Origin: Lewinellaceae bacterium | GTDB lineage: Bacteria; Bacteroidota; Bacteroidia; Chitinophagales; Saprospiraceae | Direction: 5' to 3' | Assembly (NCBI GenBank): GCA_020636225.1 | Contig: JACJYI010000007.1 | Coordinates: 82,352 to 146,351, forward strand | DNA length: 64,000 bases | Part shown: piece by piece, positions 39,601 to 47,124 of the stretch | Position numbering within the stretch: the stretch's first letter is position 1 | Layout of the letters: every line of letters begins with the position of its first letter | Notes under the pieces: generated by a model | What the model saw: only the letters and a program-made list of their open reading frames with translations | Database searches by the model: none | Told to the model about the DNA's origin: nothing | Position numbers and translations under genes: made by a program

Positions 39601-40583
39601 GTTTGAATGGTGACATCCGGAGGCATGTTCTCACAGAAGTCGTCAATGTCAAAGCGGGAGCTACCGAACGAAGCTTGAACGGAGATGTCATAATAGGTCC
39701 CGGATTGCAGCGGAATCATCCGTACATGTGAACTGTCTTGCCAGGTTATCTCCGTCCATTGGTCACTTCCCTGAACTCTGTACCGTGCTCTGTACCAGGG
39801 GCCATTGGCATAAAACCCGGGTGCAGGTCCACTGACTGTAACCGTGACACCATCTTCGGTGATATCGGATACAGCAAAGGAATAGGAAAGACTTGAGCAA
39901 TCCACTGACCGACTTCCGTCATCCAGATCCGGTATCGGAACGTGAACCCAATCCGAGTATAACAATACACCATTTTGATACCGGCACAACTTCCGAATCA
40001 CCATGGATTGGAGTGCTTTGATTCTGTCCCGCTCAAAGCTGTAGGTGGATGTTGGATCACAATCAATCAATGCGGTTTGGGCGGTCTCATGCTCTCCGGT
40101 CAGTTTGATCTGAAATCCTTCAGCATGTTGTGGAGCAGGGTCATGCCAGTTCAACTGGATTAAATCTTCATCAATAACATCCCAATAAATACCAGAGGGT
40201 CGTTCACACTCCGGCCAAAAGGAAAAGGGGACAGATTGATAGACAGGATTGCCGGTCAATGCTGAAACAAGGACAAATGTGTATTGATCTCCTCCGGGAA
40301 AGATGGCTGAAGGATGCGGAATTTGGACGGAGGTCACGGGCCAGGACATCCATTTGGTCCAGAGTACTTTTTTCTCATCATCCAAGATATGGATAATGGC
40401 TGCAGATTCCGAGATATGCAGATTGGGCAAATTCAACACCAGTACATCCTGATCGACCAGATAGGTGGGTGAGCTGACCGGGTCAACGAACGCACAGGAC
40501 GACAGTGATTCTGCCATCGCTGTATGGAGGGGGAATAGGGTCAAGACAACCAACAAGGCTTTCCATGGGTGTAGAAAACTCAT
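33672..40583 (-). CDS. Giant secreted protein (about 2303 aa), no recognisable catalytic domain
   Basis: It is an uninterrupted 6.9-kb ORF in AT-rich DNA, so it is certainly coding. It has a signal peptide (MSFLHPWKALLVVLTLFPLHTAMA) and two FN3-like modules near the N-terminus. The rest looks beta-rich and is unassigned. Start at the ATG at 40583 (the track uses the TTG at 40610). Confidence 0.5.
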   Translation of the reverse strand: MSFLHPWKALLVVLTLFPLHTAMAESLSSCAFVDPVSSPTYLVDQDVLVLNLPNLHISESAAIIHILDDEKKVLWTKWMSWPVTSVQIPHPSAIFPGGDQYTFVLVSALTGNPVYQSVPFSFWPECERPSGIYWDVIDEDLIQLNWHDPAPQHAEGFQIKLTGEHETAQTALIDCDPTSTYSFERDRIKALQSMVIRKLCRYQNGVLLYSDWVHVPIPDLDDGSRSVDCSSLSYSFAVSDITEDGVTVTVSGPAPGFYANGPWYRARYRVQGSDQWTEITWQDSSHVRMIPLQSGTYYDISVQASFGSSRFDIDDFCENMPPDVTIQTLGDTTFQDIFCGTTPDTAVVSGSPYTGLQVNDVILAYGFPVIVKTRFHQGNGVYNGTGTMAVPFGNKRVGVEFSSILVNTDFIVESGDIKVKNDANARTRMQNLMVQPAPATFSCIPPSPDPYAFDPITGLNSFGFDSSGLYQKIPPYPGWEEGMPFNPNFDPNGFNANGIHVETGTIYNPNGCSQAGVDSLGNPCNPQASPPYYWLIPSGGNPTDEGVKFWSAHETQVDSAIIWSIEQFDWLNDSLIGVYRGNCGNIRDDMEDIVVAKGLDTVFLFGQNGEYFQEGLHQHFVREPQKYSNFSGRDEQIMALEQHHFDLYHCDKYLHTLLNMEHLLDSIIQLLQTNQDDALAPFQAFIQPYIMSMDSAELAEHIGTAQKLKLFVKNLVYAKLVEDFQLRFGKYVVSAFREPRSSSPLERVLHRPFQPEVLQTSFPSGVGCSAAPDWVDNLFEQARPYASVSGDDIDDKINQLKKTGLKAEIMPVSGGSEVFGQPLELNREIGSLTYTIYLDSIVVNPQGATLDAWFILEVQSGKRVLFGAEDIAFNPGGLEVPGKITLLNNSPPIPLGKAMRLTLVGENGQTFINWGCTGFEGLSVEANIEFCREYLTPLDSVTLEPLSDGYVTASIVGDFDSWSDILVQIDVDPFAVTKKEEYKFRLDNVWLDFSDALNPEGIIYPDGYSHPMLGETTWQGVYFEELNVTLPQDMARKDSGNITLGLQHFVFDDYGASGQINAGNLLPLDQGSCSGWGFSIDTLAIHVLENRFHKGNMQGYLHVPLFKSVENESDTIKPMDCFSYLAFLDSYGRFQFDLEVNSALRAPAIYADVTLYPNTSISMFDRGSGFEVIATLNGTLDIQKDGDDPLAIEDIHFDQVILSNKGKAIRNIGYWSFPLKGIDYLGFELNFDRIGLREAPNQPGAIEAVFLTDMGLTTSGVDLKVAFDFGIQGYIDTSSIHHKWKYEKFNFYQITIEGSCTGVDYIKGSLIKYQNDSQYGTGFQGAVAVKFAKFEGAVQAMGMFGKHNEGYKYGMVDVMVTIPGGIPLFPPLVMNGFGGGFWYNMASSGHDNVQLSSAMSQDSVTTDMIKNRGLGLSLSGVTYTPFNHSWGLKLAMAFMTAESEEALNGNASFAMNIFEETGGFTLNILGNFQCMAALNIDAPSTYDESGGDPLDQGMCAEGPIRAFFNLSYDSSENTFDANFKSYMSLGNVLIGIADSSDVGKLSDVRFKIGPKDWYLWVGEPNQPGGMRVSIVPGIDATFTTYFCLGSRLPKVAELEGELSDFFDVPPTFTLNSQMAKGGGFMHGSKFTLNADTTKVWIFTFYANLTVGYDLAMMQYDALCAHNYEKPGINGWYATGQMYAYLAAHLGYKFKFLFKERKGTIADIQAGILLRAQLPNPVWAQGIVKANYNILGIIKGSTRFNVEFGTKCELLNPDSSAYVMDLVVFDYMDPAHGSQDVAVNVSPVIYMNYPVDTPIERVEGQDTSIYLIKIERIDFISSAGNEKFSWSRQEGGMEIAVKFKEFLRPDFNYQIKAYAYVEVNGELQDRDTLISSFSTGELPDIILPDNVAESYPHEGQQYFLPGDADAKHAYVKLASGQYYLFAKVPVNARSMYRLKQGEEVITEGPVFYDCQSNQVNFEVDWSVTEPETQYTLDILQGFKVDDPPEPPVFGGEGNGGFSGNGTSRELINPVVGSWPQGLPGGSMNGFVKCMANTDFDDTLKTERVLFSIPFRTSLHDTWTEKMQAMVNSMSFDTILTGQPVAYRLSGFEGFDDYEIHGYNGLPPFFNWKVVDDASTTWLAPYRYFIANRSPGQFVLSADLTFDVLFFSAEINDYYSESVFFAMQDSAGTVEINGENQRYDQLVLVNTIPWYLQEDLPLLTNAMEVQFDRMNYIDYVQTGCGEQGHGPLADYAHGQPYSLLPPCLKDLFTTSESQDLYNTIRLPQSLSVEVNSDTKIRFWYSPKQKTNKGFGSFDVTLPWQH

Positions 40584-41033
40584 CTGCAAACTGTTGAAAT
40601 GATAATACAATCCTATATCGACATGACCGATAAATCCCTTGAGGACAAGAGTTCAATCAGTCATTCCTGTATTTCTGGAATGACGTTTGTGGCACCAGAA
40701 ACAAATTTGCCTCTTTCGGCAAGGTTCATTTCAAAATAAATCTGTCGGTTGCGAAGTAAATATAGAATTTGAATTGAATATGTAGTACATGTTCACAATA
40801 AAAACACAAAAGTTAATACTGACATTACACATATGTGCAAAACGCGAATCCCGGGTAGATGACCGGACAATGAATCGGCTATAACAGGGTATGAGTGGCC
40901 GATCAATTCAATGGTATCCCATCGAAAATGCATACACATCAGGTGACAAACCAATTAATAACGCCTAATGAGGGAATTCTAAACTTGTACAATATGGCGA
41001 AATCGGTCAATGTAGTGCCCAGAGAATACGAAA

Positions 41034-41059
41034 CACCATGTTTACACTATGCTTACACC
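41034..41059. repeat. Arm-type repeat pair inside attR (caccatgtttacac, tgcttacacc)
   Basis: It shares a 14-nt identity with the tandem 11-mers at 17592-17613, in the same orientation, and lies 49-75 nt from the att core. Confidence 0.55.
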
Positions 41060-41060
41060 G

Positions 41061-41098
41061 GAAAAGAAAAAAGGAGTTGCAATTTCTCGCAACTCCTT
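41061..41098 (-). terminator. Rho-independent terminator for the tRNA-Val/tRNA-Pro transcript, supplied by the island
   Basis: On the minus strand, 12 nt after the tRNA-Pro 3' end, a perfect 10-bp stem aaggagttgc/gcaactcctt forms with an 8-nt loop. It is followed by ttttttcttttcc. Confidence 0.7.
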
Positions 41099-41108
41099 GA
41101 TAATCAGA

Positions 41109-41154
41109 TGTCGGGGTGACAGGATTTGAACCTGCGACCACACGCCCCCCAGAC
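41109..41154. repeat. attR: 46-bp direct repeat inside intact tRNA-Pro
   Basis: Identical to 17421-17466. Confidence 0.9.
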
Positions 41155-41184
41155 GTGTACTCTACCGGGCTGAGCTACACCCCG
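41111..41184 (-). tRNA. tRNA-Pro (anticodon GGG)
   Basis: The reverse complement is CGGGGTGTAGCTCAGCCCGGTAGAGTACACGTCTGGGGGGCGTGTGGTCGCAGGTTCAAATCCTGTCACCCCGA. It folds as a cloverleaf with a 7-bp acceptor stem, anticodon loop CTGGGGG and a TTCAAAT T-loop. CCA is not encoded. Confidence 0.85.
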
Positions 41185-41196
41185 AACGACGTGCTG

Positions 41197-41274
41197 TGGT
41201 GGGTGTTACAGGATTCGAACCTGTGACCTCTACCCTGTCAAGGTAGCGCTCTAAACCAACTGAGCTAAACACCC
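41197..41274 (-). tRNA. tRNA-Val (anticodon GAC), CCA encoded
   Basis: The reverse complement is GGGTGTTTAGCTCAGTTGGTTTAGAGCGCTACCTTGACAGGGTAGAGGTCACAGGTTCGAATCCTGTAACACCCACCA. It forms a clean cloverleaf with anticodon loop TTGACAG. Confidence 0.9.
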
Positions 41275-41321
41275 GTTTTCCCTGGCCATCTCCATCGAGA
41301 TGGCTGAACAGGGACGCAAAA

Positions 41322-43178
41322 TTAATCGATTTTCCCGGAAAACAATATACCCCTGGCCGCAGAAATTCCATCTTTTCCCTGCCACCGGAGGAAACAGGTG
41401 CCCGGTACCGGATCGGCAATCCACCAATCCATCTGATTTCCAGCCACTAAGTTCACCGACACCCGTTCGATCTCTCTTCCCGTAACATCGAGCAGGATCA
41501 GCTCACCGTCCAGGTCACGACCGGCCCGAATGGTCATCCGGTCAGCGACCGGGTTGGGGAAGATGGACATGCCGGTCCGGTCCGTCCAGGTCAGGCCGGA
41601 CAACTGGACCTCTATTGTGTTGGACAGGCGCGGACAATCATCCGTACCCCGGGCGATCACATAGTAGGTGCCGGAATAGCCCGCCAGCCACCAGGGCTCA
41701 GTCGTTGTCCCGATCAAGGTATCCGCCAGATACCAGTCGTAGGTCAGGTATCCCTCATCTGCCAACAGGGTATCCCCCTGCAGCGTCATCCCAAACGGCA
41801 CCTGGTCCGGTGGCACCACCTCCGCGTCCAGCTCCAGTGTACATCCGTTGCAATCCGTCACCACGATCGAATAAGGCCCCGCACAAAGGTCCGTCAATCC
41901 TGGCCAGGGATCGTTGGGTGGATTGCCACCGCCGGTGATCTGGTACGAAAACGGCGCACACCCGCCGTTGAGCTCCAACAGGATCTCCCCGTCGCAGGTA
42001 TCCGGACAGGACACAAACCCACCGATGGCCTGCCCCGCCAGGCTACACGGCGTAGTGATCCGGTAGATGATCCCGGTGCCGATGCCGGCTACATACAGTT
42101 CGCCATCCTCATCCTCCCCGAAGGCCACATACTCCTGGTTGCCCAGGTTGGCCAGCTGGGTGTTGATCCAGCCGCCCTGGCCGTCCGGTTCGAGCGACCA
42201 GAAGATCCCGGTGCAATAATCCGTATAGATATACTTGCCGTACAAGGTTGGGTGTTTGCTGCCCCGGTAAACATACCCTCCGGTGATCGAACAGCCGATG
42301 GCATTGGTGTTCTGGTAGACATGCACAGGAGGCACATAGCTGTTGGCCGGTCCACATCCGCTGGTATTGAAGGGCACAAATCCTTCATAGCATCGCCAGC
42401 CGTAATTCAGTCCACCCGGCGAGCCGGCGGGTTCCATGTCCACTTCCTCCCATTGATCCTGTCCGACATCGCCGATCCATAGATCGCCCGTCATCCGGTC
42501 GAAACTGATGCGCCACGGATTGCGCAGGCCCAGTGACCAGATCTCCGGCAGGGTTTCCGCTGATCCGGCAAAGGGGTTGTCGGTTGGAATGGCATAGGGC
42601 GTGCCCCCATCCACATCCAGTCGCAGCATCTTTCCCAGGAACTCCTTCGGATTCTGGGATCGGTTGCCCGGGTCGCCCCCACTGCCCCCATCACCCAGGC
42701 CGACATACAGGTAGCCGTCGGGGCCAAAGGCCAGGTCGCCGGCATTGTGGTTGCTGAACGGTTGGTCGACCACAAGCAGGACCAGTTCGGACATGGGGTC
42801 CGCCTGGTCGGGATCGGCTGTCGATCGGGTGAATCGCGAGATCCGGGTATCCCCGTCATTGCCGGTATAGTTCACAAAGAAATGCCCGTTGCTGGCATAA
42901 TCTGGATGGAAAGCCAGTCCAAGCAATCCCCGCTCATTGGCACCCGAATTCACGATCGGGTCAATATCCAGGAATGGCGTGGCCAGAACATTGCCCTGCA
43001 GATCGGATATCCGGATCCGCCCGCCCTTTTCCACGATATACAAACGGTCATCACCGGCATGCTTGATATCTACCGGAAGCGAAAATCCGTTCGCCACAGG
43101 TTCCAGCAGAATGTCCTGTGCGAGACCGGTGTGGAGGAACAAACAGATGATCGGAAAGAGCAGAATGAATTTGGGCAT
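41322..43178 (-). CDS. PQQ-dependent (glucose/sorbosone) sugar dehydrogenase family beta-propeller with SprB-like repeat and T9SS CTD
   Basis: LEPVANGFSLPVDIKHAGDDRLYIVEKGGRIRI...ERGLLGLAFHPDY is typical of the GSDH family. The C-terminal IFPNPVADRMTIRAG... sequence is a sorting domain. Start at MPKFILLF (43178). Confidence 0.7.
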   Translation of the reverse strand: MPKFILLFPIICLFLHTGLAQDILLEPVANGFSLPVDIKHAGDDRLYIVEKGGRIRISDLQGNVLATPFLDIDPIVNSGANERGLLGLAFHPDYASNGHFFVNYTGNDGDTRISRFTRSTADPDQADPMSELVLLVVDQPFSNHNAGDLAFGPDGYLYVGLGDGGSGGDPGNRSQNPKEFLGKMLRLDVDGGTPYAIPTDNPFAGSAETLPEIWSLGLRNPWRISFDRMTGDLWIGDVGQDQWEEVDMEPAGSPGGLNYGWRCYEGFVPFNTSGCGPANSYVPPVHVYQNTNAIGCSITGGYVYRGSKHPTLYGKYIYTDYCTGIFWSLEPDGQGGWINTQLANLGNQEYVAFGEDEDGELYVAGIGTGIIYRITTPCSLAGQAIGGFVSCPDTCDGEILLELNGGCAPFSYQITGGGNPPNDPWPGLTDLCAGPYSIVVTDCNGCTLELDAEVVPPDQVPFGMTLQGDTLLADEGYLTYDWYLADTLIGTTTEPWWLAGYSGTYYVIARGTDDCPRLSNTIEVQLSGLTWTDRTGMSIFPNPVADRMTIRAGRDLDGELILLDVTGREIERVSVNLVAGNQMDWWIADPVPGTCFLRWQGKDGISAARGILFSGKID

Positions 43179-43375
43179 GGTAACAAGGTTTGAACAAGTA
43201 TAGCAAATTTTCCCAGCCTGTTTGCTCCAGGGGGCCAATTCCTGTTCAGGGGAATGGTGTTTCTGACAGGTTTGTCTTTGTCCGACAGTTCTCTCCTTTT
43301 TCTGGGTGCTTCGGTTCGGATGAACTATTTTTGTTGTTCTACACTTTCATGTCTTTGATCAAGAACCAGGTGCTC

Positions 43376-46300
43376 ATGTCTATTCGAACCTTCCTGGCTG
43401 CCGTTGCAGCCCTTCTCTGCCTTGCTCCCCTCAGTGGCCAGACCCCCTGGGTCAGGACCGACCGGGCCTTTATCACCGCCCAAACCGGGGATGCCTATGT
43501 CATGCCCCATACAGGTGACTTCTACCAATTGGATTTCTCGCAATTGGTCCAGTCCCTGCAACAGGGGGCCAACACCATCCTCCTGCCGGACGCCCAGGGC
43601 CAGCTCATCGAGTTCGACGTCCAGTTCAGCCGGGTGGCCGAACCGGGTTATTACCAGAAACACCCGATGACCGGGACCTACAAGGTCCGGGCAGTACGTG
43701 ACGCCTCCATCCACGGACGGATCGATCATACCCTATCCGGTTTCCACGCCATGATCCGGGATCACGGCCAGGTCTGGATGATCGACCCGGTCTTCAAGGA
43801 CCGCACCGATCTGTACGCCAGCTACCTGAAAGATGACTATCACGTGGAGGGGACTAAACCCGTATTTGAGTGCGAACCCGATCTGGGCATGACCGCGGAT
43901 CCTCAGGAGCCCGTCGGCGCCACCACGGTGGCCAGCATGCGTCAGGCCACGGCCGACCTCCTTCGCTACCGTCTGGCTATGGCCACGACCGGCGAATACG
44001 CCAGCTTCCACGGCGGAACAGTGGCCAAGGTCAGCGCCGAGCTGATCACCCTGGTCAACCGACTGAATGAGGTGTACGAAATCGACCTGGGTGCCCATCT
44101 GGACCTGATCGCCAACAATGACGATCTCATCTTTCTGGATCCTGCGACTGACGGATATACCAATGGCAGCCCCCAGGCTATGCTGCAAGAGAATCCCAAT
44201 GTGATCTCCGCGATCATGCCATCCTCGTCCTATGACATCGGGCATGTCCTGGGCACCGCCCTGGCCGGTGGCACGGTCGGACTGGCCTCCCTGGCCTCTG
44301 TCTGCACCGGCAACAAGGCCCGGGCCATGAGCTCGCTCTTTGTCCCCAAGTTCGATCCCTTCTACGTCGATATCGTCGCCCACGAGTTCGGCCACCAGTT
44401 CGCCGCCCAGCACTCCTTCAACAAGTGTGACGAGATGAATGAAAATCCGTCCACCGGCTGGGAACCCGGCAGTGGGAGCACCATCATGTCCTATTCGGGT
44501 TCCTGTGGTATCAATAATGTCCAGGACAATTCCGGGGCCTATTTTCACGGTGGCAGCCTGGAGCAGATGAAGGTCTTTGTGACCACCGGTGCCGGTGCAG
44601 GCTGCGCCAATGCCGAGCCTACGGCCAATGAGGTTCCCACGGTTTCCCTGTCCTACACCAACGGGTTCACCATTCCGATCAGTACCCCGTTCAAGTTGCA
44701 CGCCGAGGCCACGGATGCCAACAACGACAACCTGACCTATTGCTGGGAACAGATGGATACCGGCCCGATCACTGATGCCGGTTCGCCGGTACTGAACAGT
44801 CCGTTGTTCCGCAGTTTCGATCCTACCTCGGATTCCATGCAATGGTTCCCCCAGCAGTTTCGGATCATCCAGAATTTCAACAGCAAGTTCGAATTGCTGC
44901 CGACCTATACCCGTGACATGAACTTCCGGGTCACAGTTCGCGATAATAACCCGGAGGTCGGTGCGATCGCCCGGGCCGATGTCAGTTTCAAGGCATCTGA
45001 CCTGGCCGGTCCGTTCACGGTGGCCAAGTTCAATACCGTGGATACGGTCCGGCAGGGTGAATATGTCGAAGTCACCTGGAATGTGGCCAACACCGATGTC
45101 TTCCCGGTCAATTGCAAGTCGGTCAATATCAAGCTATCCACCGATGGAGGGTACAACTTTCCTTACGTGTTAGCCTCCAACGTGCCCAACAACGGGTCGT
45201 TCTTCGTGACCATGCCCATCGTCCAGACCACCTCAGGGCGGATCATGGTTGAAGCGGCAGACAATATCTTCTACGATATCAACAATGCCAACCTGCGCAT
45301 CCTGCCTCCCACCCAACCGACCTTTGCCATCAACGTGACACCTTATGAGCAAGTGACCTGCATCCCAGATGCAGCCACCATCACCATCGATGCTACCTCC
45401 CTGTTGGGCTTTACGGAGCCGGTGACCTTCGAGATCACCTCCGGCCTTCCTCCCGGCGCTGTGGCCAACTGGAGTGCCAATCCGGCCACACCGACGGAGC
45501 AGGTGACCCTCTCCCTGGACCTGAGTGGCGTCACCCAGACAGGACTCTACGAACTGGTGATCGAAGCCTCAGCTGCCGGTGCACCCACCCAGGTACGGAA
45601 TGTGTTCGTGGATGTCTATCGCAATGATTACAGCAGCCTGGATGCCCTTTCCCCTGCCAGTGGCACCGGGGGCATCAGTGTATCCCCCCTGCTGACCTGG
45701 GTTGACCAGGCCGATGCGGATACCTATACCGTCGAGGTGGCTACCAGCCCGGCCTTCGGTGCTTCCGTGGTCGCCACACAATCAGGGTTGACGACGGCCC
45801 AGTACCAGGTCACGGCAACGCTGCTGGAGAACACCCTTTATTTCTGGAGGGTCATCCCTTCCAACCCCTGTGGAACGGCCACCGATGTGCCGGTCTATGC
45901 CTTCCATACCCTGACAATCTCCTGCGACGAACTGACCAACAACACCGAATACACCATCGCCAGCACCGGGTTGAACTCTGTCGAGAGCATCATCAATGTA
46001 CCGGTCAACGGTCCGGTCGGACTGGTCCGGGTCAAGAACATCCTGGGCAACCACCAGAACATCGGCAACCTGCGCGGCAACCTGAAGGGCCCCGATGGCA
46101 AGACTCGCCGCCTGTGGAACCCTCAATGTTCCTTCATCGGAGGGGACATCAACATGGGCTTCAACGATGATTCACAGGCAACCTTCGCCTGCCCGCCCGA
46201 CAATGGCGATATCTACAAGAGTGTCGAGCCCCTGGCCGATTTCACCGGTGACCCGATCATGGGCGATTGGTCGCTGATCATCCAGGACATCCAGACCGGT

Positions 46301-46969
46301 GCCGGTGGCAAACTGACCAGCTGGACCCTGGAATTCTGCACCAGCGTTGCCCTCAATGCCCCCTATCTGGTGACCAATGATACCCTGCGCGTCAAGCCTG
46401 CCGGATCCGGCGTCATCGACGGACTCCTGCTGCTCAGCCAGGACGCGGACAACGCCCCTGCAGAACTGGTCTACACGGTGGTCAACCGGACCCAGAAAGG
46501 TGACCTGACCCTCAACGGCTCGCCCCTGGGCAATGGTGGCCAGTTCACCCAGGCGGATATCGATGGTGGCGCCCTGGCCTATTCGCACAATGGCACGGCT
46601 GAAGAAGATGACAGCTTCACCTTCACGGTAGAAGATGGCAATGGTGGCTGGTTCGGGATCGAGCGCTTTGCCATCCTGACCAGCAACTCCGTATCCACGC
46701 TCAACCCGGATGCGGCCTCATTGAACATGTCCCTCTGGCCCAACCCGGCCAAGGAACAGTGTACCCTGATGATCCCCGGCCAGGTCATCACGGCGGCCAA
46801 CCTGATGGTGATCAACACGCTTGGCCAACAAGTGCCTGTTGCCGTTACTCAGGAAGGTCCGGACCGCCTGGCCATCCAGACCACCAACCTGACCACCGGG
46901 CTGTACTATGTCCAGGTAGCGGTCGGTGATCGTCTGGCGGTCAGCAAATTGCAGATCAGTGCGGAATAA
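43376..46969 (+). CDS. Secreted metzincin (reprolysin/M12B-like) zinc protease with P-domain, cadherin-like module and T9SS CTD, paralog 1
   Basis: It has the HEFGHQFAAQH zinc motif, a proprotein-convertase P-domain-like segment (GDWSLIIQDIQTGAGGKLTSWTLEFC) and the C-terminal LWPNPAKEQCTLMIPG... CTD. The start could be 43349 or 43376. Confidence 0.75.
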   Translation: MSIRTFLAAVAALLCLAPLSGQTPWVRTDRAFITAQTGDAYVMPHTGDFYQLDFSQLVQSLQQGANTILLPDAQGQLIEFDVQFSRVAEPGYYQKHPMTGTYKVRAVRDASIHGRIDHTLSGFHAMIRDHGQVWMIDPVFKDRTDLYASYLKDDYHVEGTKPVFECEPDLGMTADPQEPVGATTVASMRQATADLLRYRLAMATTGEYASFHGGTVAKVSAELITLVNRLNEVYEIDLGAHLDLIANNDDLIFLDPATDGYTNGSPQAMLQENPNVISAIMPSSSYDIGHVLGTALAGGTVGLASLASVCTGNKARAMSSLFVPKFDPFYVDIVAHEFGHQFAAQHSFNKCDEMNENPSTGWEPGSGSTIMSYSGSCGINNVQDNSGAYFHGGSLEQMKVFVTTGAGAGCANAEPTANEVPTVSLSYTNGFTIPISTPFKLHAEATDANNDNLTYCWEQMDTGPITDAGSPVLNSPLFRSFDPTSDSMQWFPQQFRIIQNFNSKFELLPTYTRDMNFRVTVRDNNPEVGAIARADVSFKASDLAGPFTVAKFNTVDTVRQGEYVEVTWNVANTDVFPVNCKSVNIKLSTDGGYNFPYVLASNVPNNGSFFVTMPIVQTTSGRIMVEAADNIFYDINNANLRILPPTQPTFAINVTPYEQVTCIPDAATITIDATSLLGFTEPVTFEITSGLPPGAVANWSANPATPTEQVTLSLDLSGVTQTGLYELVIEASAAGAPTQVRNVFVDVYRNDYSSLDALSPASGTGGISVSPLLTWVDQADADTYTVEVATSPAFGASVVATQSGLTTAQYQVTATLLENTLYFWRVIPSNPCGTATDVPVYAFHTLTISCDELTNNTEYTIASTGLNSVESIINVPVNGPVGLVRVKNILGNHQNIGNLRGNLKGPDGKTRRLWNPQCSFIGGDINMGFNDDSQATFACPPDNGDIYKSVEPLADFTGDPIMGDWSLIIQDIQTGAGGKLTSWTLEFCTSVALNAPYLVTNDTLRVKPAGSGVIDGLLLLSQDADNAPAELVYTVVNRTQKGDLTLNGSPLGNGGQFTQADIDGGALAYSHNGTAEEDDSFTFTVEDGNGGWFGIERFAILTSNSVSTLNPDAASLNMSLWPNPAKEQCTLMIPGQVITAANLMVINTLGQQVPVAVTQEGPDRLAIQTTNLTTGLYYVQVAVGDRLAVSKLQISAE

Positions 46970-46985
46970 GTCCGCAGGCGAATCA

Positions 46986-47026
46986 ATGGAAAGAGATCCC
47001 GGCACACCAGCGGGGTCTCTTTCCAT
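46986..47026 (+). terminator. Stem-loop after protease paralog 1
   Basis: atggaaagagatcccg / cggggtctctttccat forms 16 bp with one mismatch and a 9-nt loop. There is no strong T-run. Confidence 0.45.
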
Positions 47027-47124
47027 ATCCAAACAATCGGTTTTGGATCCGATCCTCCGCCAAACCATTCATGAACAAGTCAAGGCATTCGACCATTTCA
47101 TATTCAGCTAAATTGTATTCCAGC

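Larger units (their letters stand above)
17421..41154. mobile_element. tRNA-Pro-integrated genomic island (about 23.7 kb), probably a decayed integrative/mobilisable element
   Basis: It has 46-bp perfect direct repeats, one inside an intact tRNA. A tyrosine integrase sits just inside attL. An Xis-like HTH protein and a primase remnant are present. GC content drops sharply relative to both flanks. Confidence 0.85.

Noticed and set aside
40895-41119. 74-aa plus-strand ORF running into attR and tRNA-Pro
   Set aside because: It starts at a non-ATG codon, overlaps the terminator hairpin and the tRNA, and has no motifs. It probably arises by chance in AT-rich DNA.
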